From contig DASXLB010000029.1 of the NCBI GenBank assembly GCA_036496585.1, positions 1,535 to 65,534 on the forward strand: a DNA stretch of 64,000 nt. The letters are read 5' to 3'. The notes under the pieces were generated by a model. The model had not been told where the DNA came from. It made no database searches and worked only from the letters and a program-made list of their open reading frames with translations. Positions 12,410 to 22,396 of the stretch are shown here, piece by piece. The position numbers were made by a program, and so were the translations under genes. Each line of letters begins with the position of its first letter. Within the stretch, counting starts at the first letter, position 1. Origin of the DNA: Vicinamibacterales bacterium (GTDB lineage Bacteria; Acidobacteriota; Vicinamibacteria; Vicinamibacterales; 2-12-FULL-66-21).

Positions 12410-13416
12410 GCGAGCGCGCGCCGCGAGCGACCGTCGCGGAGGACGGCACCCGCGCGGCCCTCGATCTGGCGAGGAAGGTGCTGCGCATCGAGGCGGCCGC
12501 CATCCTGGGCCTCGTCGATCGCCTCGACGGCGACTTCGAGCGGGCGCTCGACATCCTCTACCGGTGCCGCGGCCGCGTCATCGTCACCGGCATGGGCAAG
12601 TCCGGGATCATCAGCCGCAAGATCGCCGCGACGTTCTCGAGCACCGGCACCTCGGCGTTCTTCCTGCATCCGGCAGAGGCGATCCACGGCGATCTCGGCG
12701 CCATCCGCGAAGACGACGTGGTCGTCGCGCTGTCGCACAGCGGCGAGACCGAGGAGCTGCTGCGGCTGCTCGAGTCGCTCCGCCGCATCGGCGCCAAGCT
12801 GATCGCGATTACCGGCGCGCCGCGCTCGACGCTCGGACGCGCCGCCGACGTCGCGCTCGACTGCAGCATCGCCGAGGAAGCCTGCCCGATGAATCTGGTG
12901 CCGACCGCCAGCACCACCGCGTCGCTGGCGCTCGGCGACGCGCTGGCGATGACGCTGCTGGTGCGCAAGGGGTTCCGCGAGGAGCAGTTCGCGTCGCTCC
13001 ATCCAGGCGGCAAGATCGGGCGGCGGCTGATGACCGTCGAGAACGCGATGGTGGCGGGGGACGCGGCGCCGCGAGTGCGTCCGTCGGCCGCGATGCCCGA
13101 CATCATCCACGAGATGTCGAGCAAGCGCCTCGGCATGACCGCGGTCGTCGACGAGAGCGGTCGCCTGATCGGCGTCTTCACCGACGGCGATCTCCGCCGC
13201 CTGATGATGACCCGTCCGCCCAATGCGGTCATGGCGATGACCGCGCACGAGGTGCTGACCCCCAACCCGCTGACCATCGGTCGCAGCCTGCTCGCCGTCG
13301 AGGCGCTCCGGATCATGGAAGCCCACAAGGTCACTTCGGTGATCGTCGTCGACGCCGACCGCGTCGTCGAAGGGGTCGTGCACCTGCACGACCTGTGGCG
13401 CACCCAGATGATTTGA
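12406..13416 (+). CDS. kdsD: Arabinose-5-phosphate isomerase (SIS domain plus tandem CBS)
   Basis: ATGA overlap with the kdsA stop. The SIS motif 'GRVIVTGMGKSG' is followed by CBS-like segments ('GMTAVVDESGRLIGVFTDGDLRR'). Confidence 0.9.
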   Translation: MSERAPRATVAEDGTRAALDLARKVLRIEAAAILGLVDRLDGDFERALDILYRCRGRVIVTGMGKSGIISRKIAATFSSTGTSAFFLHPAEAIHGDLGAIREDDVVVALSHSGETEELLRLLESLRRIGAKLIAITGAPRSTLGRAADVALDCSIAEEACPMNLVPTASTTASLALGDALAMTLLVRKGFREEQFASLHPGGKIGRRLMTVENAMVAGDAAPRVRPSAAMPDIIHEMSSKRLGMTAVVDESGRLIGVFTDGDLRRLMMTRPPNAVMAMTAHEVLTPNPLTIGRSLLAVEALRIMEAHKVTSVIVVDADRVVEGVVHLHDLWRTQMI

Positions 13417-13438
13417 GCCGCCGAATAGATACGGATTG

Positions 13439-13945
13439 ATGACCCGTCTGAAGCTGTTGTTGTTCGACGTGGATGGCGTGCTGACCGACGGCACGATCCT
13501 GGTGCACGCCGACGGCAGCGAATCGAAGTCGTTCAACATCAAGGATGGCGCCGCGATGGTGTGGGCGCAGCGCGGAGGGCTTCGCGTCGGGCTGCTCTCG
13601 GCGCGTACTGCCGATGCGACCGCGGTGCGCGCCGCGCAGCTCGGCCTCAGCGTGGTCGTCCAGGGCTCGACCGACAAGCTGGCGGGCTACGAACGGATCC
13701 GCGCAGAGCATGGGCTCACCGACGATGAGATCGGATACATGGGCGACGACCTGCAGGATCTGCCGGTGCTCCGCCGCGCCGGCTTCTCGGCGGCGCCGGC
13801 CGACGCGGCGGCCGAGGTACGCGCCGCCGTCCACTGGGTCAGCGCCTCGGCCGGCGGCCGCGGCGCCGCTCGCGAATGCATCGAGCACGTCATGCGGGCG
13901 CAGGGCCTCTGGGCCGCCGCGGTCGCTGAGTTCCTGCCCCGCTGA
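13439..13945 (+). CDS. kdsC: Kdo-8-phosphate phosphatase (HAD family)
   Basis: HAD motif I 'LLLFDVDGVLTDG' and 'GDDLQDLP'. The ATG is at 13439; the track starts 3 nt earlier at a TTG. Confidence 0.85.
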   Translation: MTRLKLLLFDVDGVLTDGTILVHADGSESKSFNIKDGAAMVWAQRGGLRVGLLSARTADATAVRAAQLGLSVVVQGSTDKLAGYERIRAEHGLTDDEIGYMGDDLQDLPVLRRAGFSAAPADAAAEVRAAVHWVSASAGGRGAARECIEHVMRAQGLWAAAVAEFLPR

Positions 13946-15177
13946 TGTCCGCCGCCGCTCCCCTACTCCTGCTCACCGGGCTGGTGATGCTTCTCCTCGG
14001 TCTTGCCGTCGGCAAGGCATGGGAGCGCTACAAGCTGCAGGACGGCGTCTGGGTCGATCGCCGCCGCGCCCGCGAGTCGCCCCACTACATGCTCGGCCTC
14101 AACTTTCTCGTCGCCAGCCAGGTCGATCAGGCAATCGACGAGCTGACCAAGGCGGCCAAGGCGGCCGGCGACCCGCTCGAGATCCATCTCATTCTCGGCA
14201 ACCTCTATCGGGAGAAGGGGCAGGTCGGCCGCGCGATCCAGGAGCATCAAGGGCTGCTGCAGCGGCCGAAGCTGCGCAGGCTCGAGCACGCCAACGTGTT
14301 GCTCTGTCTCGGGCTCGACTACCGCAGCGGCGGCTTCGTCGACCGCGCGATCGAGGCCTTCAGCGAGGTGCTGCGGCTCGACCCCGAGAACCGCTATGCG
14401 CTCTCGAATCTCGAGAAGCTCTATGAAGATCAGCACCAGTGGGACGAAGCCTATGCGGCGCGTCAGAAGCTGGCCGCGCTGGCGACCGCGGGCGACGGGG
14501 GGCTCGAATCCCCGCGCCACAACGAGGTGCTGGCGTTTCTCGAGAACGAGTTCGGGCAGGCGGCGCTACGCGGCGGCGATCTCGCCGAGGCGGCGCGCCG
14601 CTTCGAGGCCGCGATCGACCGCGATACCCGCAACGTGCCGGCGCGTCTGAGCCTCGGCGACGTGCGGTTCAAGGAAGGACGCACCGCCGACGCGGTCGGC
14701 GTATGGGAGCGGCTGTTCGACGCGTCTCCCGAGCGCGGCTATCTCGCCTTCGCACGGCTCGAGCACGGTTACGCGTCGCTCGGCGCGCCGGAACGGTTTC
14801 CGGCGCTGTGCCAGAAGCTGATCGACGGCGGCGGCCCGAACTGGCGCGCCGGCCTCGCCCTGGCCCGCCACGTGGGCGCCCGTGGGCAGCACGACGAAGC
14901 CCTGACGCTCCTGTTCGACGCGCTCGTCGTCAACCCGCACTCGCTGGCGCTCCACCAGACCATCTGGGAAACGCTGTCGGCGCTGCACCTGCCGCCGGCA
15001 CTCGTCACGCGCTACGTGGAGCTGACACGCGACGCCGTGTTCTATCTCGATCCCCACGTCTGCGTGCGCTGCCGCTACCGCTCGACGGAGCTGCTCTGGC
15101 AGTGTCCGCACTGCCACGAGTGGAACACGTTTGTGGAGGAGCGGATCGCGCCGGCAAAGGACAACGCCGAGGCCTGA
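13945..15177 (+). CDS. lapB: Lipopolysaccharide assembly protein B-like (N-terminal TM, TPR repeats, C-terminal rubredoxin-type zinc finger)
   Basis: TGATG overlap with the kdsC stop. It has an N-terminal TM ('LLLLTGLVMLLLGLAVG'), multiple TPR-like repeats, and the C-terminal 'CVRCRYRSTELLWQCPHCHEWNTF'. Confidence 0.8.
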   Translation: MSAAAPLLLLTGLVMLLLGLAVGKAWERYKLQDGVWVDRRRARESPHYMLGLNFLVASQVDQAIDELTKAAKAAGDPLEIHLILGNLYREKGQVGRAIQEHQGLLQRPKLRRLEHANVLLCLGLDYRSGGFVDRAIEAFSEVLRLDPENRYALSNLEKLYEDQHQWDEAYAARQKLAALATAGDGGLESPRHNEVLAFLENEFGQAALRGGDLAEAARRFEAAIDRDTRNVPARLSLGDVRFKEGRTADAVGVWERLFDASPERGYLAFARLEHGYASLGAPERFPALCQKLIDGGGPNWRAGLALARHVGARGQHDEALTLLFDALVVNPHSLALHQTIWETLSALHLPPALVTRYVELTRDAVFYLDPHVCVRCRYRSTELLWQCPHCHEWNTFVEERIAPAKDNAEA

Positions 15178-15182
15178 CGGCC

Positions 15183-15299
15183 ATGAAACCAGTGAACATA
15201 CGCCTGTGGGGAAACTGGCACGCGACGATTTTTCCCCCGCCGCTGTGGGTCTTGTCCCTCGCTGTAATGATCGTCATCGCAGCCGGAGTGTTCATATAG
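15183..15299 (+). CDS. Candidate 38-aa small membrane protein
   Basis: ATG lies 5 nt after the lapB stop. Sequence: 'MKPVNIRLWGNWHATIFPPPLWVLSLAVMIVIAAGVFI', with one hydrophobic helix. It sits in a locally lower-GC patch. No homology was recognised. Confidence 0.25.
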   Translation: MKPVNIRLWGNWHATIFPPPLWVLSLAVMIVIAAGVFI

Positions 15300-15472
15300 C
15301 CCGATCTCGCAGCAGGTCACGCAGGCGGTGAGCAGACGCGTCACCGCGCCGCGGTAGCCAGGTTCGAATACACGTCCGCCCAAGGGCCTCCCGCCGCGCG
15401 CACACGCGAGTGAAACTGCCGTTCACCGGCGCACCGTCGGGCATGGCACAACGATCCGGGTCCGCTGCCCGA

Positions 15473-16072
15473 TCAGGCGGTCGCTGCCTCGAGCGCTGTG
15501 TATACATCACGCACCTGATGGCTCGTCTGGTCGTGGCCGCGATCGGTCCAGATGACGTGCGTGGCGCGATTCACCTTCTCGGTGATCGGCCACTGCGCGG
15601 CAAGACGCGCGCGGGCGTCGCCGTCGGTCAGCCGGTCGCGCGCCATGACGCGGCGGACCTGTTCCTCGGGTCCGCACGCCGCGACGATGACCTGGTCGAA
15701 GTCGTGCTGATGCCCCGTCTCGAAGACGAGCGGAATATCCGCGACGGCAACGACGTGGGCCGACGGCAGGTTGGCGTACCACTCGCGGATGCGGCGGTAG
15801 ACCTCGGGATGGACGATCGCCTCGAGCGCCGCCCGGGCCTTCGAATCGGCGAACACGATCCGGCCGAGCGCGGCGCGATCGAGCGCACCGTCAGCGGCCA
15901 CCACGCCGCTGCCGAAACGGTCGGCGACTGCCTGCAACCCTGGCGATCCGGGCGCGACCGCTTCGCGGGCCAGCACGTCGGCATCGATCGTCGAGGCCCC
16001 CAGCGCGGCAAAGCGCGCGAGGCAGTAGGACTTCCCCGTCGCGATCCCGCCGGTCAGCGCAACACGGAGCAA
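15473..16072 (-). CDS. coaE: Dephospho-CoA kinase
   Basis: The P-loop 'VALTGGIATGKS' lies close to a TTG start at 16072, which overlaps the folD stop by 19 nt. The longer ORF in the track (to 16561) is out of frame with the real folD coding sequence. Typical CoaE length (about 200 aa). Confidence 0.8.
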   Translation of the reverse strand: MLRVALTGGIATGKSYCLARFAALGASTIDADVLAREAVAPGSPGLQAVADRFGSGVVAADGALDRAALGRIVFADSKARAALEAIVHPEVYRRIREWYANLPSAHVVAVADIPLVFETGHQHDFDQVIVAACGPEEQVRRVMARDRLTDGDARARLAAQWPITEKVNRATHVIWTDRGHDQTSHQVRDVYTALEAATA

Positions 16073-16998
16073 CGCGCCTCCGCGGCTGCGAGCGTATTCA
16101 TCAGAAGCATCGCAATCGTCAGCGGCCCGACCCCGCCCGGCACCGGCGTCATCGCCCCGGCCCGTTCCGCGGCGTTCGGATGCACGTCGCCGACGACGAT
16201 CGAGCCGCGGCGGTCGAAGCTCTCCAGCCGCTTCGAACCGGCGCCGAAGATCTTGTCGGCCAGCGCGCGGTCGGACACCGGCGTCGTCCCGACGTCGATC
16301 ACCGTCGCGCCGGGCTTGACGAACTCGCGCGTCACGAACGCCGGACGGCCGAGCGCCGCCACGAGGATGTCGGCCCGCGCCGCGACCGCCGGCAGGTCCG
16401 GCGTCTTCGAGTGGCAGATCGTCACGGTCGCGTCGCGCTGCAGCAGCAGCATCGCCATCGGCTTGCCGACGATCTCGCTCCGCCCGATGACCACGGCGTG
16501 CTGGCCGCCGATCGCGATCCCCGAGCGATCCAGGATCTCGATCACCCCGGAAGGCGTGCACGGCTTCAGGTGCGCGCGCCCCTGCACCAGCTTACCGACA
16601 TTGACGGGATGGAAGCCGTCGACGTCCTTAGCCGGGTCGATGGCGTCGAACACCTGCTGCGATGCGCCCTTGCCCATCGCTCCGGGTAGCGGCGACTGCA
16701 CGAGAATGCCGTCGTGGGTCTCGCTGGCGTTCAGCCGCCCGACCAGCGCCAGCAGGTCGGCGAGCGACGCCGACGCAGGCAGGCGCTGCAGATCGACCCA
16801 TAGCCCGGCCTCGGCTCCCGCCTTCACCTTGTTCCGGACGTACACGTCGGATGCCGGATCGTCGCCGACGAGGACGATGCCCAATCCGGGCGGGCGGCCG
16901 GTGCGCTCGGCGAACGCCCGCACCCGCGGCAGCGCCGCCGCGCGGATCGCCGCGCCGACGCCCGTGCCGTCAAGTAATCGCGCGCTCACGGGCACCAT
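16054..16998 (-). CDS. folD: Bifunctional methylenetetrahydrofolate dehydrogenase/cyclohydrolase
   Basis: 314 aa. Motifs 'LVGDDPASDVYVRNKVKA', 'GILVQSPLP', 'VVIGRSEIVGKPMAMLL' and 'TPVPGGVGPLT'. Confidence 0.92.
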   Translation of the reverse strand: MVPVSARLLDGTGVGAAIRAAALPRVRAFAERTGRPPGLGIVLVGDDPASDVYVRNKVKAGAEAGLWVDLQRLPASASLADLLALVGRLNASETHDGILVQSPLPGAMGKGASQQVFDAIDPAKDVDGFHPVNVGKLVQGRAHLKPCTPSGVIEILDRSGIAIGGQHAVVIGRSEIVGKPMAMLLLQRDATVTICHSKTPDLPAVAARADILVAALGRPAFVTREFVKPGATVIDVGTTPVSDRALADKIFGAGSKRLESFDRRGSIVVGDVHPNAAERAGAMTPVPGGVGPLTIAMLLMNTLAAAEARCSVLR

Positions 16999-18013
16999 TC
17001 TTCGCCGCCGCCGCCGCTTCGAGCTCCCTGAGGTTGCTCCCGCGGCCGAGCACGACCAGGTCGTCGCCGGCCCGCATCACCATCTCGGGCTCGGGGTTGA
17101 AGTCCATGCGGCCATCCGCGTGGCGGATGCCGACAACGACGACGCCGAAGCGCTGGCGCACCCCGGCTTCGATCAGGTTGGACCCGTCGAGCGACGAGCC
17201 GCTGCCGATGTGCACCTGCTCCAGGTTCAGGTCCATGTTGTCGGACGATGTGGCCAGCTGTACGAAATCGACCACCGCCGGCCGCAGCGCGGTCTGCGCC
17301 AGCTGCACGCCGCCCAGATGGTACGGCGAAATGACGCGATCCGCGCCGGCGCGCTTCAGCTTGGTGCGGGCATCGTCGGTTTCGGCGCGTCCGACGATGA
17401 AGAGGTCGGGACGAAGCAGCCGCGCGCTCAGCACCGCATAGACGTTTTCGGCGTCGGTGCTGACCGCGGCGACGAGGCCGCGGGCGCGGCCGATGTGGAC
17501 CCGCCGCAGCACGTCCTCGCTCGAGGCGTCGGCCTCGACCGCGACGAAGCCCTGCTCCATCGCCAGGTGCATCCGGTCGGGATTGCGTTCGATGATCACG
17601 AACGGCACGTTGTGGCGGGCGAATTCACGGGCGATGATCTCGCCCATGCGGCCGAAGCCGCAGATGATGAAATGGTCCTGCAGTTCGTCAAGCATGCGCG
17701 TCAGCCGCTTGCGTTCACGCCGTTCGGTCCAGTCTTCCGCCGAGAGCAGCGTCAGGAACAGCGTGAACGCGTAGAAGAACGTGCCCACGCCGGTCAGAAG
17801 GATCACCACCGTGAAGGCCTGTCCCGCGCGCGTGAGCGGGTGGACTTCCTCGTAGCCGACCGTGGTGATGGTGATCACGGTCATGTAGAACGAGTCCCAC
17901 AGCGGCCAGCCCTCGATGAGCGTATAGCCGGCCGTCCCCACCGCCATCAATGCGAGGATGAGCAACGCCAGCAGGCGCCAGCCCACTCCCCACCATGGCT
18001 GCGGACGCGCCAC
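16970..18013 (-). CDS. 2TM potassium-channel family protein with cytoplasmic RCK (TrkA-N/TrkA-C) domains; atypical filter TVGYE
   Basis: TM1, pore helix and filter 'FYMTVITITTVGYEEVHP', then TM2. The NAD-type fold 'FIICGFGRMGEIIA' and a TrkA-C-like C-terminus follow. Confidence 0.85.
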   Translation of the reverse strand: MARPQPWWGVGWRLLALLILALMAVGTAGYTLIEGWPLWDSFYMTVITITTVGYEEVHPLTRAGQAFTVVILLTGVGTFFYAFTLFLTLLSAEDWTERRERKRLTRMLDELQDHFIICGFGRMGEIIAREFARHNVPFVIIERNPDRMHLAMEQGFVAVEADASSEDVLRRVHIGRARGLVAAVSTDAENVYAVLSARLLRPDLFIVGRAETDDARTKLKRAGADRVISPYHLGGVQLAQTALRPAVVDFVQLATSSDNMDLNLEQVHIGSGSSLDGSNLIEAGVRQRFGVVVVGIRHADGRMDFNPEPEMVMRAGDDLVVLGRGSNLRELEAAAAAKNGARERAIT

Positions 18014-18022
18014 CCCCGCGCC

Positions 18023-19498
18023 TCAGGCGTCCTTGAGGCGGCTGTGGCTGCGGCCGTACCCGAAGTAGAAGACCATCCCGATGATCAGCCACACGAGGAG
18101 CCGGGCCCAGTTCGTCCAGCCCAGGCCGTAGATCATCGCGCCACAGACGATCACGCCCAGCGTCGAGACGACCGGCAGCGCCGGCACCGTGAACCCGCGC
18201 GGTATGTCGGGCCGGCGGTTGCGCATGATCCATACGCCGATGCACACCAGGATGAACGCGAACAACGTACCGATGCTCGTCATTTCGCCGACGATGTCGC
18301 CGGGAATGAACGCGGCGAACAGCCCCGTGAACACGAAGAACACCAGGTTCGACTTGTAGGGGGTGCGGTACTTCGGGTGCACGTCGGAGAAGATCGCCGG
18401 CACCAGGCCGTCGTGGCTCATCGAATAGAACACGCGCGACTGGCCGAGCAGCATCACCAGGATGACCGACGAGAAGCCGAAGAGGATCGCCACCGTCACC
18501 GACTTCGACAGCCACTCGTAGCCGATCATGTACTTGGAGATGGCGAACGCCACCGAGGCCTCGCGGCCGGTCGAGCGGAAGTCTTCCACCGTCGCGACTC
18601 CGCTCAGCACGTAGGAGAACAGCACGTAGAGAATCGTGCAGACCACCAGCGACCCGAGAATTCCGATCGGCATGTCGCGCTTCGGGTTCTTGGCTTCCTG
18701 CGCCGCGGTCGACACCGCGTCGAACCCGATGTAGGCGAAGAAGACGACCCCGGCTGCGCCGAGAATCCCCATGATGCCGCCGTAGTTGTGCGTGACCCCT
18801 TCCGGCGTGGTGTAGAGCGCGGCCGCGGGCACGAGCGGCGTGTGGTTCGCCGGGTTGATGAAGCCCCAGCCGATCCCGATCACCAGCAGGACGATCGACA
18901 CCTTGACGACGACGATCACCCCGTTGACGAACGCCGATTCCTTGGTGCCACGGATCAGCAGCGCCGTGAGCGCCGCGAGAATGAACACGGCCGGGAGGTT
19001 CATGATGCCGTGCACGCCGGTGTCGGCGGCACGCTCGAAGGGGGAATGCGTCCATTCGTAGGGAATGCGCGGCCCGAACCAGGCGATCACGCGATTGGCG
19101 TACTCACTCCAGGCGATCGCCACCGTCGCGGCGCCGACCGCGTATTCGAGGACCAGGTCCCAGCCGATGATCCACGCCACCAGCTCCCCCATCGTCGCGT
19201 ACGAATAGGTGTAGGCGCTGCCGGCGACCGGAATCATCGAGGCGAACTCGGCGTAGCAGAGCCCTGCGAACGCGCAGCCGACTCCCGCCACCATGAACGC
19301 CAGGACCACCGACGGGCCGGCGCGGTCCGCAATCGCGGCCGCGGTGCGGACGAACAGGCCGGCGCCGATGATCGCTCCAATGCCGAGCGCCACTAGCGAC
19401 AACGGTCCGAGCGTCCGCTTGAGCGTGCCTTCACCGGTCGCGGCGGCCTCGCTCATCAGGCGGTCGATGGATTTGACCCTGAACAGTGAACCAGCCAC
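18023..19498 (-). CDS. Amino acid permease (APC superfamily, cationic amino acid transporter-like)
   Basis: 491 aa, about 12 hydrophobic segments. The N-terminal signature is 'LKRTLGPLSLVALGIGAIIGAGLF'. Confidence 0.88.
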   Translation of the reverse strand: MAGSLFRVKSIDRLMSEAAATGEGTLKRTLGPLSLVALGIGAIIGAGLFVRTAAAIADRAGPSVVLAFMVAGVGCAFAGLCYAEFASMIPVAGSAYTYSYATMGELVAWIIGWDLVLEYAVGAATVAIAWSEYANRVIAWFGPRIPYEWTHSPFERAADTGVHGIMNLPAVFILAALTALLIRGTKESAFVNGVIVVVKVSIVLLVIGIGWGFINPANHTPLVPAAALYTTPEGVTHNYGGIMGILGAAGVVFFAYIGFDAVSTAAQEAKNPKRDMPIGILGSLVVCTILYVLFSYVLSGVATVEDFRSTGREASVAFAISKYMIGYEWLSKSVTVAILFGFSSVILVMLLGQSRVFYSMSHDGLVPAIFSDVHPKYRTPYKSNLVFFVFTGLFAAFIPGDIVGEMTSIGTLFAFILVCIGVWIMRNRRPDIPRGFTVPALPVVSTLGVIVCGAMIYGLGWTNWARLLVWLIIGMVFYFGYGRSHSRLKDA

Positions 19499-19549
19499 TA
19501 CTCCCCCTTGTTGATGGTTGACGCTGCAGGTCTGGCGGAACCGGAGCGA

Positions 19550-20203
19550 TTATACGCGACGTCCGGACAGGCTCTCGAGGAAGGCGCGGACGCGTGCGGC
19601 AGGGTCGTCGCCGGCCAGCAGATCGGAGATCACCGCGACCGACGCCGCGCCGGCGGCGATCACCGCAGGAGCCCGCTCGAGGGTGATGCCGCCGATCGCC
19701 ACGATCGGCCGCCGGCGGGCGGCCGGCTCGCCGCCGAGATGGCGCACCGCGGCGCGTACGAAATCGAGCCCGCGGGCCGTGTAGCCGGTGTCCTTGGTGG
19801 CGGTGCCGTAGACAGGCCCGACGGCGATGTAGTCGGCGCTCGTCGCTGCCGCGGCGCGCACCTGCGCCTCGTCATGCGTCGACACGCCGACGATCGCCTC
19901 CCGCCCGGCGATGCGCCGCACCTCCTCGACCGGCAGGTCGTCCTGGCCGACGTGGACGCCCGCCGCGCCACTGAGGCGGGCGAGGTCGGCGCGGTCGTTG
20001 ACGATGATCCGCGCTCCGGCCGGCCGTGCCAGCGCCACCGCCGCCTCGGCCCGCGCCAGCCGCGCGCCGCTCGACGGATCCTTGTCGCGAAGCTGCAGGA
20101 AACGGGCGCCCCCCTCGAGACACGCCGCGAGCACGGCGAGCGGGTCGACGCCGCGGGCGCGGCACAGATCGACGTCGACGATCGGATAGAGGGGAGGCAG
20201 CAT
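19550..20203 (-). CDS. thiE: Thiamine-phosphate synthase
   Basis: 217 aa. Motifs 'LYPIVD', 'FLQLRDKD', 'IVNDRADLA', 'GVHVGQDDLP' and 'IAIGGI'. Confidence 0.88.
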   Translation of the reverse strand: MLPPLYPIVDVDLCRARGVDPLAVLAACLEGGARFLQLRDKDPSSGARLARAEAAVALARPAGARIIVNDRADLARLSGAAGVHVGQDDLPVEEVRRIAGREAIVGVSTHDEAQVRAAAATSADYIAVGPVYGTATKDTGYTARGLDFVRAAVRHLGGEPAARRRPIVAIGGITLERAPAVIAAGAASVAVISDLLAGDDPAARVRAFLESLSGRRV

Positions 20204-20211
20204 GCTCGTGT

Positions 20212-20400
20212 GTGGAGGCAGGGCTGAAGCCCTGCGCTACGGCGGCTGACCGCGAGCGGCCCCTGTAGCACTCCCTGTAGCGCTCCTTGTCGCGCTCCCT
20301 GTAGCGCAGGCCCTCAGGCCTGCCTCCACAGCGTTGGTGTAGCGCAGGCCCTCAGGCCTGCCTCCACTGCGTTGGTGTAGCGCAGGCCTTCAGGCCTGCC
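20212..20400. repeat. REP-like intergenic hairpin repeat cluster: three tandem 38-bp units, one inverted copy, and 12-bp mini-repeats
   Basis: 'gtagcgcaggccctcaggcctgcctccac' occurs at 20301-20329 and 20339-20367. A truncated variant is at 20377-20400. An inverted variant, 'gtggaggcagggctgaagccctgcgctac', is at 20212-20240. Each unit contains the hairpin GCAGGCC-nnnn-GGCCTGC. In addition, 'tccctgtagcgc'-like 12-mers occur four times at 20261-20307. Confidence 0.7.
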
Positions 20401-20404
20401 GTTG

Positions 20405-21781
20405 TCACGCGGTCTCGGCCAACGATGCGCTGGAGGGCTTCTTCTCGACCAGGTAGCGCTCCATGAACGAGGTCGAGAGGCGCCCGGCGATGAAATCGGG
20501 CTCGGCGAGGATCTTCAGATGCAGCGGAATCGACGTTTTGATCCCTTCGATCACCGTCATCTCGAGCGTGCGCCGCATGCGCGCGATCGCTTCCTGCCGA
20601 TCGCGGCCGTGGCAGATGATCTTGGCGATCATCGAATCGTAGTACGGCGACACGGTGCACTCCGAGTGCGCGAACGTGTCGATGCGCACCCCGGGGCCGC
20701 CCGGGACGCTGAACGCGTGGATCACGCCCGGCGAGGGCGCGAACGTCTCCGGATCCTCGGCGTTGACCCGGCACTCGATCGCATGGCCGCTGAAGGTCAC
20801 GTCCCCCTGCTTGAACGACAGGCGCTCCCCCGCCGCCACCCGGATCTGCTCCTTCACGATGTCGACGCCGGTGATGAATTCGGTCACTGGGTGCTCGACC
20901 TGCACGCGGGTGTTGACTTCGAGGAAAAAGAAGTTCTGCTTGTCGTCGAGCAGGAACTCGAACGTGCCGGCATTGGTGTACTGGACGGCGCGCGCGGCGT
21001 CGACCACGGCGCTGCCCAGCTTGCGCCGCATCTTGTCGGTGACCGCGACCGACGGGCCCTCTTCGAGCAGCTTCTGGTGGCGGCGCTGAATCGAGCACTC
21101 GCGCTCGCCGAGATGGACGACGGCGCCGTGGTGATCGCCGAGCACCTGGAACTCGATGTGGCGCGGATGCTCGACGTACTTCTCGATGTAGACGTCGCCC
21201 ACGCCAAACGCGGCCTCGGCCTCCCGCTGCGCGGTCTTGAGCGCTTTGGGCAGCTCCTTGAAATCGCGGATGACGCGCATGCCGCGGCCGCCGCCGCCCG
21301 CCACAGCCTTGATGATGACCGGCAGCCCCAAATCCTTCGCAACCTTGAGCGCCTTCTCCTCGCTCTCGATCGGACCGTCGCTCCCCGGCAGGATCGGCAC
21401 GCCAGCCTTCTTCATCGCGCGGCGCGCGCGAGCCTTGTCGCCGAGCAGCCGGATGACGTTCGGCGAGGGACCGATGAACTTGATGTGGCACGCCTCGCAG
21501 ACTTCCGCGAGATAGGCGCTCTCCGACAGGAAGCCGTAGCCCGGATGGATCGCGTCGGCGCCGGTGATTTCCGCGGCGCTGATGATCGCCGGTACGCTCA
21601 GGTAGCTTTCGGCGCTGCGCGCCGGCCCGATGCAGACGTCCTCGTCGGCGAAGCGGACGTGCAGCGAGTTCTCGTCGGCCTCTGAATAGACGGCGACGGT
21701 GCGGATGCCGAGCTCCCGGCAGGCGTAGATGACCCGGAGCGCGATTTCCCCGCGGTTGGCGATCAGAATTTTTTTGAACAT
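20405..21781 (-). CDS. accC: Acetyl-CoA carboxylase, biotin carboxylase subunit
   Basis: 458 aa. Motifs '[18 protein letters not shown]', 'GGGGRGMR' and '[14 protein letters not shown]'. Confidence 0.95.
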   Translation of the reverse strand: MFKKILIANRGEIALRVIYACRELGIRTVAVYSEADENSLHVRFADEDVCIGPARSAESYLSVPAIISAAEITGADAIHPGYGFLSESAYLAEVCEACHIKFIGPSPNVIRLLGDKARARRAMKKAGVPILPGSDGPIESEEKALKVAKDLGLPVIIKAVAGGGGRGMRVIRDFKELPKALKTAQREAEAAFGVGDVYIEKYVEHPRHIEFQVLGDHHGAVVHLGERECSIQRRHQKLLEEGPSVAVTDKMRRKLGSAVVDAARAVQYTNAGTFEFLLDDKQNFFFLEVNTRVQVEHPVTEFITGVDIVKEQIRVAAGERLSFKQGDVTFSGHAIECRVNAEDPETFAPSPGVIHAFSVPGGPGVRIDTFAHSECTVSPYYDSMIAKIICHGRDRQEAIARMRRTLEMTVIEGIKTSIPLHLKILAEPDFIAGRLSTSFMERYLVEKKPSSASLAETA

Positions 21782-21809
21782 GCGTCAGGCCGCAGCCGTG
21801 GATCCGTGG

Positions 21810-22322
<513 letters not shown>

Positions 22323-22396
22323 TCCGCTCCGCTGCGGAGGTTGGGCCTCCGGGTAGTGGCCTTCCAAAACACTCGCCAACACCCGGCCGCCAACCC

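Noticed and set aside
15410-19396. 1328-aa plus-strand ORF, the longest in the track
   Set aside because: It runs antisense across coaE, folD, the K+ channel and the permease genes, all of which have strong family motifs. Its translation is Arg/Ala/Gly/Pro-rich low-complexity with no motifs. This is a typical shadow ORF of a high-GC genome.
20261-20400. Possible CRISPR array (short direct repeats in an intergenic region)
   Set aside because: The 38-bp units are contiguous, with only a 9-bp linker and no unique spacers. There are only three copies, an inverted copy is present, and there are no cas genes. This fits REP-like elements, not CRISPR.
20204-20404. TPP riboswitch upstream of thiE
   Set aside because: I looked for the conserved 'CUGAGA' and 'ACCUGAUCUGGAUAAUGCCAGCG'-type elements on the minus strand. 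I saw only the hairpin repeats, with no thi-box-like sequence.
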